Source of the DNA: a virus
Taxonomy: Duplodnaviria > Caudoviricetes
IMG/VR virus record: IMGVR_UViG_3300025674_000058
Coordinates: 1-52,846 of that record
Direction: 5' to 3' (one strand)
Length of the DNA: 52,846 nucleotides
Numbering within the stretch: position 1 is the stretch's first letter; each line of letters begins with the position of its first letter. Under the pieces are notes generated by a model. That model did not search any database. It had not been told where the DNA came from and saw only the letters and a program-made list of their open reading frames with translations. The translations under genes and the position numbers were made by a program. Shown here piece after piece: positions 28,690 through 38,572 of the stretch.

Positions 28690-31600
28690 TGGGGAAGCAA
28701 AAAATAGATATATCTGTATTTGACGAGGCGGTAAAAAAGGTAGATGTTAGTGCCTTTGATGAAGCTGTAAAAAAAAAAGAACCTTCCGCGTCTTCGGTAG
28801 AACCTTCACGTACACAACCGACCCAACAGGAACAACGATTCGAGTTACCAAGTAGTTCGGGGAAAGATACTACGGAAAGACAGGGTAGGTTAGACGTACC
28901 CGATTTTGGTCAAATAGAAGAACCCTCTCAGTCGGCTGCTGCAATAGCTGATGACTTGGGTGTAACAACTCAAGATTTAAAAATAACAGAAGTATTACAA
29001 GACCCGAAGGCGAAACAAAGCAATTTGGGCAGACCACTTCCGACATCGGAGCAATATAAAATAAACGGAAAGCCCGTGTATAGGGATGAGATGATTGATG
29101 TAATATACAATCAAGTCAATAAAATACAAGCGGGTACTGTGGATATTGAAATATCGGACGACCCCGAGTTACAATCTCGGTTACAAAGGCAGATTCAATC
29201 TGGTTCTCGGGGCGGAGATATATTAGAGTCTTTGGGCGCAGGGCTTGTTTCTACGGCACAATCACTAGAGGGATTGCCTAGTTTAGTAGCGGCAACCATT
29301 GAGGAAATAACGGGCTTACCAACGACAGAAACCTCGATAGCTATTCAATCAAGGCTAAACGCTATGGACTTGGGGCGAAAAGCCGAGGAAATACGTGAAA
29401 AAACAAGGGCTTACGAGGGTAACTTTTTAGAGTCTTTATTGAACGGTAATTTTGTGGACGCAGCCGCGCAGGGTATGAACCTAACTATGGAGAGTTTGCC
29501 TATTACAGCCATATCTGCTGTTACGGGTGGTGGCGGTAGTATTGGTTCTTACCTACTGCGAAGCGCTGCTACTTTAACGCCTATTATGGCTTCTAGGGAG
29601 TTTTCTGAATCGCAGGTATCACAAGACCCCGACATACAGAATTTAGAGCAATCGCAAAAGGTTTTGCGGTCTTGGTTGTACGGTGGTGCGGAAGCGTTGG
29701 GGGAGTCGGTAACAGGTAGAATAGCCTCGAAAAACTTTGATATTTTAAAGGGGTCTTTAAAGTCTACCGTTGGGCGTGCCGCAGCAGAAGTCGGGGAAGA
29801 TGGCGCAAGGCAAACAGCGAAACAAATAGCAAAAAACACAGCCATTGACATTGCAAAAAACATGGGGGTTGACATGAATCAAGAGGGTATTAGCGAGGCT
29901 GTAACCGAAATGACTCAAATGTTGACCGATGACTTAATGGGGGTTAAGTCTTATAGTTTTGGGGACTATGCCGAGCAAATGTCAAACGCTTACGCTTCTG
30001 GCGCTTTTATGGGTGCTGTAATGGGGTTGGGCGGAGCTGTTGGGGTTTCTGCCGATGCGGTAAAAAAATACAGAAGTACAACGTATCAAAATATAGCAAA
30101 GGGGTTAGAGCGTTCCGTGGCTAATGGGGAGATAACCGAGGTAGAGGCAAACGCAGTAAAAGCGGATGCTGCCGCCATATCACAAACAAACCCCACGTTA
30201 AGCGATAAAGCTCAAGCGGCTCAAGCGTCCTTAATAAAAGAGCGCAACGGATTAGAGCAGTTTTTAGAGGGGGTTGACAAAGCAGCTGCGCCAAAAGAAT
30301 ACGAAAGGATTAACCAAATAAACCAAGAATTAACCAAAATAGCAGAAAATGATGAAACAAGCAAAGAAGACCAAGAGTTGCTCGAAGCCGAAATCAGGGA
30401 AGAAATCGAGCAAGAGAAGTTACGGGAAGAAGTCAAAACTAGGGATGTAGCAGATGAGAAAGCCGTGTTGGAAGAACTATCAGATGATAGGATTCAAGAA
30501 GAAGGGGAACAAGAGAGTCCCGAACTGCGTACCGAAACCCAAGAAGAATTAGATGTTCAAGAGCAAGAAAAAATAGCCGAAAGTATAGGTAGGTTTAGGC
30601 GCGTTAAACCCAAAAACATTAGAGGGTTGCTCGATGTAATGGGCGGTATATTTGGCTTAAACAAACCACAAGCAGAGAGCGCAGCGGTAGTGGGCGATGT
30701 TATGGTGGAGGCTATGGCTAAACGTGCGGGTGTTTCTAAGGATGAGATGTACCAAAGGATTGCTTTTCAAAAGGCAGAAAAAGCACCCGATGGCAGCTTA
30801 AGACAAGAACAGCCTACATTTAAGTCTACGGCTAAAGAGGGTTTAGCTAACATACAACAAGCCGCTGCGACACCTGAACAATGGGTTAAGCAAATAGGGG
30901 AGAAGGGCGGTAAGGGGACAACCCAAGAGCTTGAGTGGATAGGACTACAAGACTATCTTAACGAGTGGAAGAAGGAAAATAACGCAAAGTCTGTACCTAA
31001 AGAAGTTGTTGAGCAATACATCAACGATAATCAAATAGAAATTGTTGAGGTTAGTAAAGGAAGGGTAACTAAGTCGGATAAGTTTGATATTCAATATAAT
31101 AATGGAGTTTTTACTGTAACCAGAAATGGTATAGAAGAAAAAAGTTTTACTGATGAGTTTTTAGCTAATAACTACATAGCCAATCAACAATTAGAAAAAG
31201 AAAAGAAAGAACCAAAATACTCCCAATACACCTTAGAAGGCGGGGAAAACTACCAAGAGGTGTTGTTGACGCTGCCACAATCAAAACAAGATAAAGCTAG
31301 AATAGTTGAATTAAATAGTGAAAAAAACGAGTTAGATTTAGAATACAACAAGATATATGATAAAGATATACGAGATGTTGAAAATCAAATAATTGCTATT
31401 TTAGAAGAATATAAAGCAAAAGAAGGTGTAACCCCTAGCATACCATCACTAGAAAGCAGAGGGGATAGTAGGGCAAGAAAATTAGATAATAAAAAAAGAG
31501 AATTACAGAATAAAGCCGATGCAATTCTAAGGAAACAAAATGAGATAACAGCAGAGGTAAACAGAATAAAAACTAATGACTCATACAAATCCTCACATTG

Positions 31601-34600
31601 GGACGAGGCTAACATCCTTGCCCACCTAAGAATAAACGAGCGTACCTTACCAAACGGAGAGCGTGTAATGTTTATCGAAGAGGTACAATCTGATTGGGCG
31701 CAAGAGGGGAAGAAGAAAGGGTTTAATATACCAAACAAAGAAAGGGTAAAAACAAAAGAAGAGGTAAAAGCAGAAGAGTTGAAGATTGATGAGGATGCAA
31801 AAAGACTTAATCTGCCAACAAATGTGCCAGAATTAGAAAGGATAGGAACTCCAGAAGCATTAAATTTAATAGACAGAATAAACCAAAACATAGACGATTT
31901 TCTAAGATTGGACAATGCAAATTGGAGAAACGAAGGTAAAATACCAAATATGCCATACAAAAAAACCGACCAATGGGTAGGTATGGCTATGCGTAGAGCA
32001 TTAAAGATGGCTGCTGACGAGGGCTTTGATAGGGTGGCTTGGGTAACGGGAGAACAAAGTGCTGATAGGTATGATTTGAGTAAGCAAATAAGCCAAGCAT
32101 CAGCAATAAAAAATGATGACGGAACATATAACCTTGTTTTAGAAGACACGAGAGGGAATGAATTACCAGAATATAGAGCTTCTGGTAAAAAGATGACACC
32201 TTCTGAAATGGAGGATACAATAGGTAAAGAACTTGCTCAAAAACTTATAGAAGGAGCAGATAGAAACAAGGGAAGAGAGTGGAAAAATCAACCTACAAAT
32301 CCTGAGTTTTTTACACTAAGAGGCGATGGGTTGAAAGTTGGTGGCGAAGGAATGAAAGCCTTCTACAACTCCATCCTACCTAAAGTGGCGGGGAAAGAAG
32401 CTAAGAGGTTTGACAAAAGGGCTAAGGTTGAGGTTGTTGATTTTGGTGACAACACAAGAAAGGTCGTTGTGGATGTTCAAAGGGACGGTTCAATACGACT
32501 TATTAACGAAGGTGGCGGTTTTATAGCTGAATACAATAAAAATCAATTTGAGGAGGCTTACAGAGAAGCCGATAGATTAAACGAGAGAATAGATAATTCA
32601 CAAGTTGTTGGTGAGCAGCTATCAATCCCCATCACACCCGAAATGAGAATGAATCTCAATAGAGCTGTTCCGCTATTCCAAGGAGAGCAAGGTGCTATGT
32701 TGGCTCAAGACGGCAATTATATTATATACGCCTTAACAGACCCTAACGTATCAACCCCCCTCCATGAGTTAGCTCACGTTTATGAACACTACCTGTCTGA
32801 TGCAGAGCGTTCAGAGATACTTGCGTGGGCGCAGACAGATACTTGGACAACTGAAACAAGCGAGAAGTTTGCTAGAGGCTTTGAAAAGTATTTATCAGAA
32901 GGTAAAGCCCCCGTGAGTACACTTCAAAAATACTTTGATAATTTCAAGAATTGGTTGTTAGAGATATACAACGGAATAGTAGGAAGTGATATTGACATAG
33001 AGTTAAACGCGCCAATGCGTAAAATCTATGACAATATGTTTAGTCAAGTACGGGGCGAAAAAATCGTCGCGGGCGACAAAGTAACCGTAACTTATGAGGA
33101 CTACGTTAGGGGTAAAAAAACAAAAAAACAGCGAAGGGGTGTTATCGACTCGGTAAACCCTGACGGTAGTTTTAACATACGTGCAAGGGAGGGTGTTTAC
33201 AAAAACATTTCACCAGAGGGCGTTAGTAAGGTAAAAAGTACCCCTACCGTAGAATCCGAAACACAGGGCTTAACAGAAAAGGAGCGTTTTGTTCAAGGAT
33301 TCAAGGAGATAATGTCTGCGAAGGACGAGAAGATTCGTCAAGCTAAGGAGGCGGTAAAAGAAAAGCTATCGCAAGCTAGGGCTAAGTTTGGAGAGCGTAT
33401 GAGCGCTCAAAGAAAAAAGGTGAGTGAGGCTAAAACAGCCCGCGCTGAATTAAGTCGGTTGATTGCCCTTGAGATGAAAGAGTTGGGCTTATCTGACGTG
33501 AGGGCATCTAGGGTTAAGTCTATGTTGTCGAGCATGAAGAACATAACACCAAACAATATAGACAGCGTTATTGAGCGTGCTTATGGGTTGGTTGTTGCGG
33601 AGGCTAAAGCGCAAAGGCTAAATACTTACAAAAAGAAATCTAAAGAAGCCAAAAGGAGAATACAGCGAGGGGATTTTGATACCGTTTCTGTTGGTATGAT
33701 TCCTTTAATGGAATTAGATGTTCGGGCTATTTTGGACGAGGACATAAAACGCTACACAGAGTTGGTGGATGACTTTTCGCGTCGCGGTAAATTCGCGGTT
33801 GAAGACGTTGCGGCTAAAATACAAGAAGCAAACGAGATAGTGAACAGAGCCGCAGAGCAACTTGGGTTGCGAGAGGTTGAGGCTAGTAATATAGCGCAAG
33901 GTTTAACCGAAGAAAACTACAACGAAACCATTAGTAATTTGGTTGCAAGTGGGGATATAACCCAAGACATGGCTGACTTTATGCGTGCGAACAAAAAACG
34001 ACTATTGGAGCTAGAGAAAAAGCCTGTAAATAAAGAGCAAGTATTTTTCGAGATTCAGGATAAGGTTGGGTTTGTAAAAAACAACCAACAAGACCTATCG
34101 GGTAGACCCGTAAAACAAAAGGCTCAAGACGTAATATCTAGTGTAAAGCGCGAAGACTTGGAGAATATGAGCGACGCGGACTTGTCTTTATTGAACAGGG
34201 TTCTTGACGCAATGGAGGTTGGTCTTATGCCAAGCCAAGCATCCAAGTTGGCGCAAACCATTGAAGCTCAAAGAACAGCTAACTCAATAAACGAACAAAC
34301 CAAACAAGAGAGAGGTCTTATCGGTAAGTTGTTTGACGCAATAGACACGCCAATCAGGGAACTTGCTTCGGGCAAAGCTAAAAGGGTCAGAAGACAAATG
34401 ATAAAGAGTCAAAGTACAACGCCCGATTCCTCGTTTGGGTTTAAGGGAAAGGCTATATCAAAGGCTTTAGAGCCGTTTAACATCGCTTACGGAGAGTTAG
34501 AAGCTCAAGCTAACAAGTACAAGGGGATGTTAGCTAGGGCTATAAAGAACATTAAAAAGTCACAAGCCTCTGACATACGTGGGTTTCTTTACATGGCGGA

Positions 34601-36707
34601 GATGCACCGAAATGCCAACCCTCAATCAAATAAAGCTTATACGGTAAAGCAGCTTATAGATGTTTTAACGGGAACTACGGAGGCGAGAGAAACGTACATA
34701 AGCAATTACGGCAAGAAGCGATACAAAGAAATACTAAAGACTTACGACAAGTTTAAGGACGAGAACGGGGAACTTGACGCTAAGAAGCTGTACGAATCTA
34801 TGAGTAAAGCTGAAAGGGATTACGTGAGTACAGCCGAGATTATATTTAGTGAGAACACAGAATTTGCCCGCGATGCTCGTTGGGTTCGCGGAGAGAGTTT
34901 TGAGGAACTGAACTACTATATGCACTACCCTGTTGTTATGCAAACATCAAAGAGTGATGTGAACGCTTCGGTGGATAACATGATGAATAGCGGTATTGTC
35001 CGCCCTTCAACAAAAGCGGGTAACTTAGAGGAAAGAACAGAGGGTGTGAAGTTGGTTTCTTTTAGTTTAGCGGAGTCGGTTCAAAACTCCTACCAACAGA
35101 CACTAGAGGACTACTATCTAACCCAGCCGCTAAGAACGGAGCGAAAGGCTTTCAATATGTTTGAAAAGATGAACTCCAATAACGACAAGATGTTTTCTTT
35201 TGCTTCGGGGGTTAATAAGGGCGCGGAAGATTTTAGAAGATACTTATTAGCGAGTAAACAGGTAAGTAACTTCAACAACCCTATTACAAACGCTATAAAG
35301 GCGGGCGCTTATAGGTATATGTTAGGTTCTACGGCTCGCGCGGTAAAGGAGGTTTTAAGTAACCAGTCTTACGTGGCTATGAGCGATTTAGTGAACTTTG
35401 AAACGGCTTCGTTCAAATCTTTTGAGATTGCTAAAAAGACGCTTGCCGAGCCTGATTGGTTGTTTAAGGCTGTTGCTAACTTGCCTATATCTGACAAGCA
35501 AAGGATTTTGGGTAACGCTGTTTTCGCGGGGCAAGCGGACGCAGCAACCATGCTTGGGGAGGATGTGGGTTTTACTGCAAGAACGCAATCTTTAGAAGCT
35601 AGGGTTGGAAAGGGCATTGAGGCTATGCAAGACCTTGGTTTTACTGTAAACATAAAAGGAAACCGAATAAGAATATCCAACAAGGCTTACATGGAGGCGC
35701 TGTTAAAAACGCCCGATATGTTTTATTCTCGTGGGGTGTTCTTTGATAAGTTACAACGCGCTTACAAAAAGGAAACGGGCGAAAGCTTAGACCTCGACAA
35801 ACTTACCGATAAGAAGTTCATAAACGACAACAGGGTTTTGTTTGACAAGATAACCAAAGAGGCTAGTGCTGCGGTTAGAAAGGCGTTTTCTACAACAAAC
35901 CTAGCCGAGCGTTCGGGGGTTCAGCTAAAGGCTTCTGCGGAGGGTGGAATGTTCAACGCTGTTAAGTATTTCATGTTACCGTTTGTGATTAACGAGTACG
36001 AGCAACTGCGAATGGCTGCGGTGGAAGACGGGTTGTTCGGTGGTTTGAAAACGGCAATTCCTATCCTTTCTCGTTTTGCGGTTTACGGTGCGCTAACGGG
36101 GGCTTTAACCCGCGCAATCGCAGCAGCCCTTTCGGACGAAGACGAGCCTATTGAGGATATTCTACCCTCCATGGATGAGTTTATGAAGTCGCTTATTTCT
36201 TCTGTTGTTACTTTAACACTTCAAAGAAACTGGACTTTTGCGCCAAGAGCCGCGTCAAACTATGTTATTGAGTACTTAAACAAAGAGTTTGGGGAAGGTA
36301 TAACAAGAGAGTCTAAAGAGTACGACAAGTTCAAGGATAACATAATGTTCAACCGAATGAATTTGGATGACGTTATGGGGATGAGGTGGACTGAAATGGC
36401 GCAAATTATAGCACCTCAATACTCACCACTTCTTAGTTCTTATGAGGCGGCAATGAAGTCTACGGATGAGCGAAACAAACAAAGAAAAGAGTATTTAGGG
36501 TGGAAAGCTTTGGTAACTGCTTTGGCGGGGTTAGGGTTTTTATTACCAAGAGACGTTAGAGATATTTACATATATTCTAACGAAGATGTGCGCGACTTAA
36601 TTTTCGAGGATAAAAAGAAGGGGGTTTCGGGGACTATAAAGGGCGGTTCTTCATCGAGGGCTTTGTCGGGTGGTAGCGGAACGACCATAAAGGGGTCTGC
36701 TCGTTAA
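28689..36707 (+). CDS. giant polyvalent ejection protein with zincin metallopeptidase-like domain
   Basis: 2672 aa; STPLHELAHVY..EKFARGFEKYL; SHW..FIEEVQSDW module; G/A-rich hydrophobic segments. Confidence 0.75.
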   Translation: MGKQKIDISVFDEAVKKVDVSAFDEAVKKKEPSASSVEPSRTQPTQQEQRFELPSSSGKDTTERQGRLDVPDFGQIEEPSQSAAAIADDLGVTTQDLKITEVLQDPKAKQSNLGRPLPTSEQYKINGKPVYRDEMIDVIYNQVNKIQAGTVDIEISDDPELQSRLQRQIQSGSRGGDILESLGAGLVSTAQSLEGLPSLVAATIEEITGLPTTETSIAIQSRLNAMDLGRKAEEIREKTRAYEGNFLESLLNGNFVDAAAQGMNLTMESLPITAISAVTGGGGSIGSYLLRSAATLTPIMASREFSESQVSQDPDIQNLEQSQKVLRSWLYGGAEALGESVTGRIASKNFDILKGSLKSTVGRAAAEVGEDGARQTAKQIAKNTAIDIAKNMGVDMNQEGISEAVTEMTQMLTDDLMGVKSYSFGDYAEQMSNAYASGAFMGAVMGLGGAVGVSADAVKKYRSTTYQNIAKGLERSVANGEITEVEANAVKADAAAISQTNPTLSDKAQAAQASLIKERNGLEQFLEGVDKAAAPKEYERINQINQELTKIAENDETSKEDQELLEAEIREEIEQEKLREEVKTRDVADEKAVLEELSDDRIQEEGEQESPELRTETQEELDVQEQEKIAESIGRFRRVKPKNIRGLLDVMGGIFGLNKPQAESAAVVGDVMVEAMAKRAGVSKDEMYQRIAFQKAEKAPDGSLRQEQPTFKSTAKEGLANIQQAAATPEQWVKQIGEKGGKGTTQELEWIGLQDYLNEWKKENNAKSVPKEVVEQYINDNQIEIVEVSKGRVTKSDKFDIQYNNGVFTVTRNGIEEKSFTDEFLANNYIANQQLEKEKKEPKYSQYTLEGGENYQEVLLTLPQSKQDKARIVELNSEKNELDLEYNKIYDKDIRDVENQIIAILEEYKAKEGVTPSIPSLESRGDSRARKLDNKKRELQNKADAILRKQNEITAEVNRIKTNDSYKSSHWDEANILAHLRINERTLPNGERVMFIEEVQSDWAQEGKKKGFNIPNKERVKTKEEVKAEELKIDEDAKRLNLPTNVPELERIGTPEALNLIDRINQNIDDFLRLDNANWRNEGKIPNMPYKKTDQWVGMAMRRALKMAADEGFDRVAWVTGEQSADRYDLSKQISQASAIKNDDGTYNLVLEDTRGNELPEYRASGKKMTPSEMEDTIGKELAQKLIEGADRNKGREWKNQPTNPEFFTLRGDGLKVGGEGMKAFYNSILPKVAGKEAKRFDKRAKVEVVDFGDNTRKVVVDVQRDGSIRLINEGGGFIAEYNKNQFEEAYREADRLNERIDNSQVVGEQLSIPITPEMRMNLNRAVPLFQGEQGAMLAQDGNYIIYALTDPNVSTPLHELAHVYEHYLSDAERSEILAWAQTDTWTTETSEKFARGFEKYLSEGKAPVSTLQKYFDNFKNWLLEIYNGIVGSDIDIELNAPMRKIYDNMFSQVRGEKIVAGDKVTVTYEDYVRGKKTKKQRRGVIDSVNPDGSFNIRAREGVYKNISPEGVSKVKSTPTVESETQGLTEKERFVQGFKEIMSAKDEKIRQAKEAVKEKLSQARAKFGERMSAQRKKVSEAKTARAELSRLIALEMKELGLSDVRASRVKSMLSSMKNITPNNIDSVIERAYGLVVAEAKAQRLNTYKKKSKEAKRRIQRGDFDTVSVGMIPLMELDVRAILDEDIKRYTELVDDFSRRGKFAVEDVAAKIQEANEIVNRAAEQLGLREVEASNIAQGLTEENYNETISNLVASGDITQDMADFMRANKKRLLELEKKPVNKEQVFFEIQDKVGFVKNNQQDLSGRPVKQKAQDVISSVKREDLENMSDADLSLLNRVLDAMEVGLMPSQASKLAQTIEAQRTANSINEQTKQERGLIGKLFDAIDTPIRELASGKAKRVRRQMIKSQSTTPDSSFGFKGKAISKALEPFNIAYGELEAQANKYKGMLARAIKNIKKSQASDIRGFLYMAEMHRNANPQSNKAYTVKQLIDVLTGTTEARETYISNYGKKRYKEILKTYDKFKDENGELDAKKLYESMSKAERDYVSTAEIIFSENTEFARDARWVRGESFEELNYYMHYPVVMQTSKSDVNASVDNMMNSGIVRPSTKAGNLEERTEGVKLVSFSLAESVQNSYQQTLEDYYLTQPLRTERKAFNMFEKMNSNNDKMFSFASGVNKGAEDFRRYLLASKQVSNFNNPITNAIKAGAYRYMLGSTARAVKEVLSNQSYVAMSDLVNFETASFKSFEIAKKTLAEPDWLFKAVANLPISDKQRILGNAVFAGQADAATMLGEDVGFTARTQSLEARVGKGIEAMQDLGFTVNIKGNRIRISNKAYMEALLKTPDMFYSRGVFFDKLQRAYKKETGESLDLDKLTDKKFINDNRVLFDKITKEASAAVRKAFSTTNLAERSGVQLKASAEGGMFNAVKYFMLPFVINEYEQLRMAAVEDGLFGGLKTAIPILSRFAVYGALTGALTRAIAAALSDEDEPIEDILPSMDEFMKSLISSVVTLTLQRNWTFAPRAASNYVIEYLNKEFGEGITRESKEYDKFKDNIMFNRMNLDDVMGMRWTEMAQIIAPQYSPLLSSYEAAMKSTDERNKQRKEYLGWKALVTALAGLGFLLPRDVRDIYIYSNEDVRDLIFEDKKKGVSGTIKGGSSSRALSGGSGTTIKGSAR

Positions 36708-36765
36708 AGTAAACAAAGGCAATAGTTTTTTATGCGTATTTTTGTACTCATCAATTATCAAAGCT

Positions 36766-37233
36766 ATGCCTCTAAAGATTTACACCACTAAAGACACTGT
36801 TCCTGCAAGCACTGCGGGTACGGGAAACGTGTCAACCATAGGAACACAATACACAACAGTAAGCGATAACCAACTACAAGTAGGGGATTGGATTTACGAT
36901 GCGGCTCAAGACGAAGCTCGAAAAGTGGTTGTGGTTACTGACGCTAACAACGGAAACATTAACAAAGCCTTCTCTGCTGACCTTTCAGCAGTGTCTTTGG
37001 TTATAATTAAAAAGAACGACGCTAAGATTTCGTCTATTTCGGTTTCTTCTCCTTCGGGGGGTGCGAGTACCATTTATGAATTAGACGGTGGAACTAGCGC
37101 TGCTTTGCCCGCTTCGACTTCTGTAAACTACACAGCTTCTGATTTGGGGCAAGAGTTTTTGAATCCAATTTCGGTTGACGGCACAACAAACAACGCAACC
37201 GTATTTTACAAACAAAAAGGCGTAGATTACTAA
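36766..37233 (+). CDS. beta-rich virion-associated protein
   Basis: S/T-rich; promoter box 36737-36744. Confidence 0.6.
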   Translation: MPLKIYTTKDTVPASTAGTGNVSTIGTQYTTVSDNQLQVGDWIYDAAQDEARKVVVVTDANNGNINKAFSADLSAVSLVIIKKNDAKISSISVSSPSGGASTIYELDGGTSAALPASTSVNYTASDLGQEFLNPISVDGTTNNATVFYKQKGVDY

Positions 37234-37234
37234 G

Positions 37235-37549
37235 ATGCACCTAACGGTTGGCGAGGCTTTAGTATGGATAGTAGGGATAGGAATACCCGTTGCTGCTGCT
37301 ATATATGCTATTTACAAGCAAATAAAGATTAGTGGCAAAAAAGAGGCTTACAACGAGAAGCACGAGGAAAACCAAGACAACAGGATAACTGCTGTGGAGG
37401 ATGACATTCGTGAAATCCGCGAAACTTTCAAGGATATTTTCAACTCTTTGGACGATAAGTTTAGTGCGGAGGAAGGTCGTAGGTTAATGAACCAAGTAGA
37501 TACAATACTCAATATTTTCTTAAAAAAAGTCGGAAGTGATAACTCCTGA
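37235..37549 (+). CDS. holin/haemolysin-like single-TM coiled-coil protein
   Basis: N-terminal TM helix then coiled coil. Confidence 0.55.
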   Translation: MHLTVGEALVWIVGIGIPVAAAIYAIYKQIKISGKKEAYNEKHEENQDNRITAVEDDIREIRETFKDIFNSLDDKFSAEEGRRLMNQVDTILNIFLKKVGSDNS

Positions 37550-37979
37550 TAGTTTAGATAAGAAAATAGCGAGGTTGGCAAAGGTAATGGACAACATAAA
37601 GCCGTTGGATATAACGGTGGGTATGTTGGACGATGTTTTCCCTCACGGTTATCATTTAATAGAGGTTAAGTGGGATGGTGATGAAACGTACTCTGTTGTT
37701 CAGAAGAACTCTAAGGGCTACTTAAAAAGCTACGGTTACAATGATGAAGAGTTGCCAATGACAATGGCTTCTAAGTACATGGTTGCGCGAAAAGAAGAGG
37801 TTGATGAGTCGAACGTAAACTTCGACCATACGATATTAACAAAAGAACCGACAAGTGGGTACATTGTAATTACGCACAAGTCGGGCAAAGACGTAAAATA
37901 TTTTTACCGAAACGTGGTAACTGACTGTTACAATGACGGTAGAGCAAAAACAATTTTAGGATACCAAGTAAAATGCTAG
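37536..37979 (+). CDS. possible PAS-fold protein
   Basis: NSKGYLKSYGYNDEEL..ITHKSGKDVKYF..DGRAKTILG pattern. Confidence 0.45.
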   Translation: MITPDSLDKKIARLAKVMDNIKPLDITVGMLDDVFPHGYHLIEVKWDGDETYSVVQKNSKGYLKSYGYNDEELPMTMASKYMVARKEEVDESNVNFDHTILTKEPTSGYIVITHKSGKDVKYFYRNVVTDCYNDGRAKTILGYQVKC

Positions 37980-38572
37980 GGGAAATAGATGGAGAGATAG
38001 CGATTAAGTTTTTAACCAAGCATTGGAAGAGTGTGTTGTCTTTGGGGCTTATTGTGGCGTTGTTCTTTTCGGTTCAATCTTGCAAGAAATACCAAGACGA
38101 GTATTTCATAGCCCAAAACAACTACGAGTCTGCGTTAGATGAAACCCGCGAAACGGTACGAAAAGAAATACTGACAAGAAAACAACTTACTGCGCTTTAC
38201 AAGACTGAGTTGGACTTGTTGCGTGACTCTTTAGCAATAAAACCAAAGACAGTAGAGCGTCTGCAAATCATACGCACAGTGGAACACGACACGGTTATAT
38301 CCGTAATTCGAGAATCGCAAACAGACCTTCACATAGCTGAGTTTAAGAAGGGTTGCACCGAAGGAAGTTTTGTTTGGGTTGACGGGGATTCTTTAGGCAC
38401 TTTCACTATCAAGAATAATAATTCTTTTTTAATAGTTGACCATTGGCAAAGGTCGAGGTTGTTTGGTTGGGGGTGGACTCCAAAGTGGGGGCGTAAATTC
38501 GGAAACGTCTCGGTTATTAACGAGTGTAACAAAGACACCCTTATTCAGAACAAAGTAATAGAAGTACGATGA
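37973..38572 (+). CDS. putative spanin-like lysis protein
   Basis: N-terminal TM, coiled coil, HDTV, RLFGWGWTPKWG C-terminus. Confidence 0.55.
   Translation: MLGEIDGEIAIKFLTKHWKSVLSLGLIVALFFSVQSCKKYQDEYFIAQNNYESALDETRETVRKEILTRKQLTALYKTELDLLRDSLAIKPKTVERLQIIRTVEHDTVISVIRESQTDLHIAEFKKGCTEGSFVWVDGDSLGTFTIKNNNSFLIVDHWQRSRLFGWGWTPKWGRKFGNVSVINECNKDTLIQNKVIEVR

Noticed and set aside
31385-32149. 254 aa antisense ORF and other shadow ORFs (e.g. 51918..52427, 38745..39119)
   Set aside because: They lie opposite well-supported genes, are S/F/L-rich mirrors of the coding strand and lack promoters.
10760-36707. Stop-codon reassignment as in some crAss-like phages
   Set aside because: Long structural ORFs are intact in the standard code, and TAG and TGA both end genes at sensible positions.
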